Position numbers and translations under genes: made by a program
In this document: positions 63,924 to 64,000 of the stretch, in pieces
Layout: each line of letters begins with the position of its first letter
How positions within the stretch are numbered: position 1 is the stretch's first letter
The notes under the pieces: generated by a model
Database searches by the model: none
Seen by the model: the letters and a program-made list of their open reading frames with translations, nothing else
What the model was told of the DNA's origin: nothing
NCBI GenBank assembly: GCA_051294905.1
Contig: CM119372.1
Span: forward strand, 23,562,001 to 23,626,000
Length of the DNA stretch: 64,000 nt
From: Botryllus schlosseri
Lineage: Eukaryota
Direction of reading: 5' to 3'

Positions 63924-64000
63924 GTAAGTGGTTGAGTTTAATACTCTGTGTCCCAGCAGATTAAATTCGGATTTTAAAGCTGATCATCCCTGGTGGCGCC

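Noticed and set aside
63951..63977. Possible final MORN3 exon (IKFGF*)
   Set aside because: It would need an intron of only ~36 nt and gives a much shorter C-terminus than expected. The true exon is probably beyond the window.

Overview
AT-rich, intron-containing eukaryotic (metazoan) DNA. Short GT-AG introns and the repeat types suggest a marine invertebrate or tunicate, but this is inference. Two genes are securely identified by manual splicing: a complete 5-exon PDE6D (minus strand, 45409-49270, 148 aa) and a divergently oriented MORN3 (plus strand, from 60874, last exon probably beyond the window) with an RFX X-box-like motif upstream. The 3' part of an unidentified low-complexity spliced gene occupies about 627-5154. 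Most remaining sequence is DNA-transposon debris, much of it with traceable TIRs and TSDs: many hAT-type MITE families (8-bp TSDs), a Chapaev3 remnant (TAA TSD, transposase motifs), a decayed Kolobok (THAP transposase plus convergent KolX), a LINE 3' end and a tRNA-derived SINE. These are often nested 3-4 levels deep. The most unusual observations are 14-28 bp palindromic hAT-like 'micro-elements' with 8-bp TSDs, a recurrent ~50-bp hairpin, an enriched TAGGCCTA palindrome (possible excision footprints), a three-terminus composite hAT carrying a SINE fragment, and possible decayed GPCR/C-type lectin pseudogenes at 10-27 kb. No prokaryotic-type system, CRISPR array or rRNA is present.
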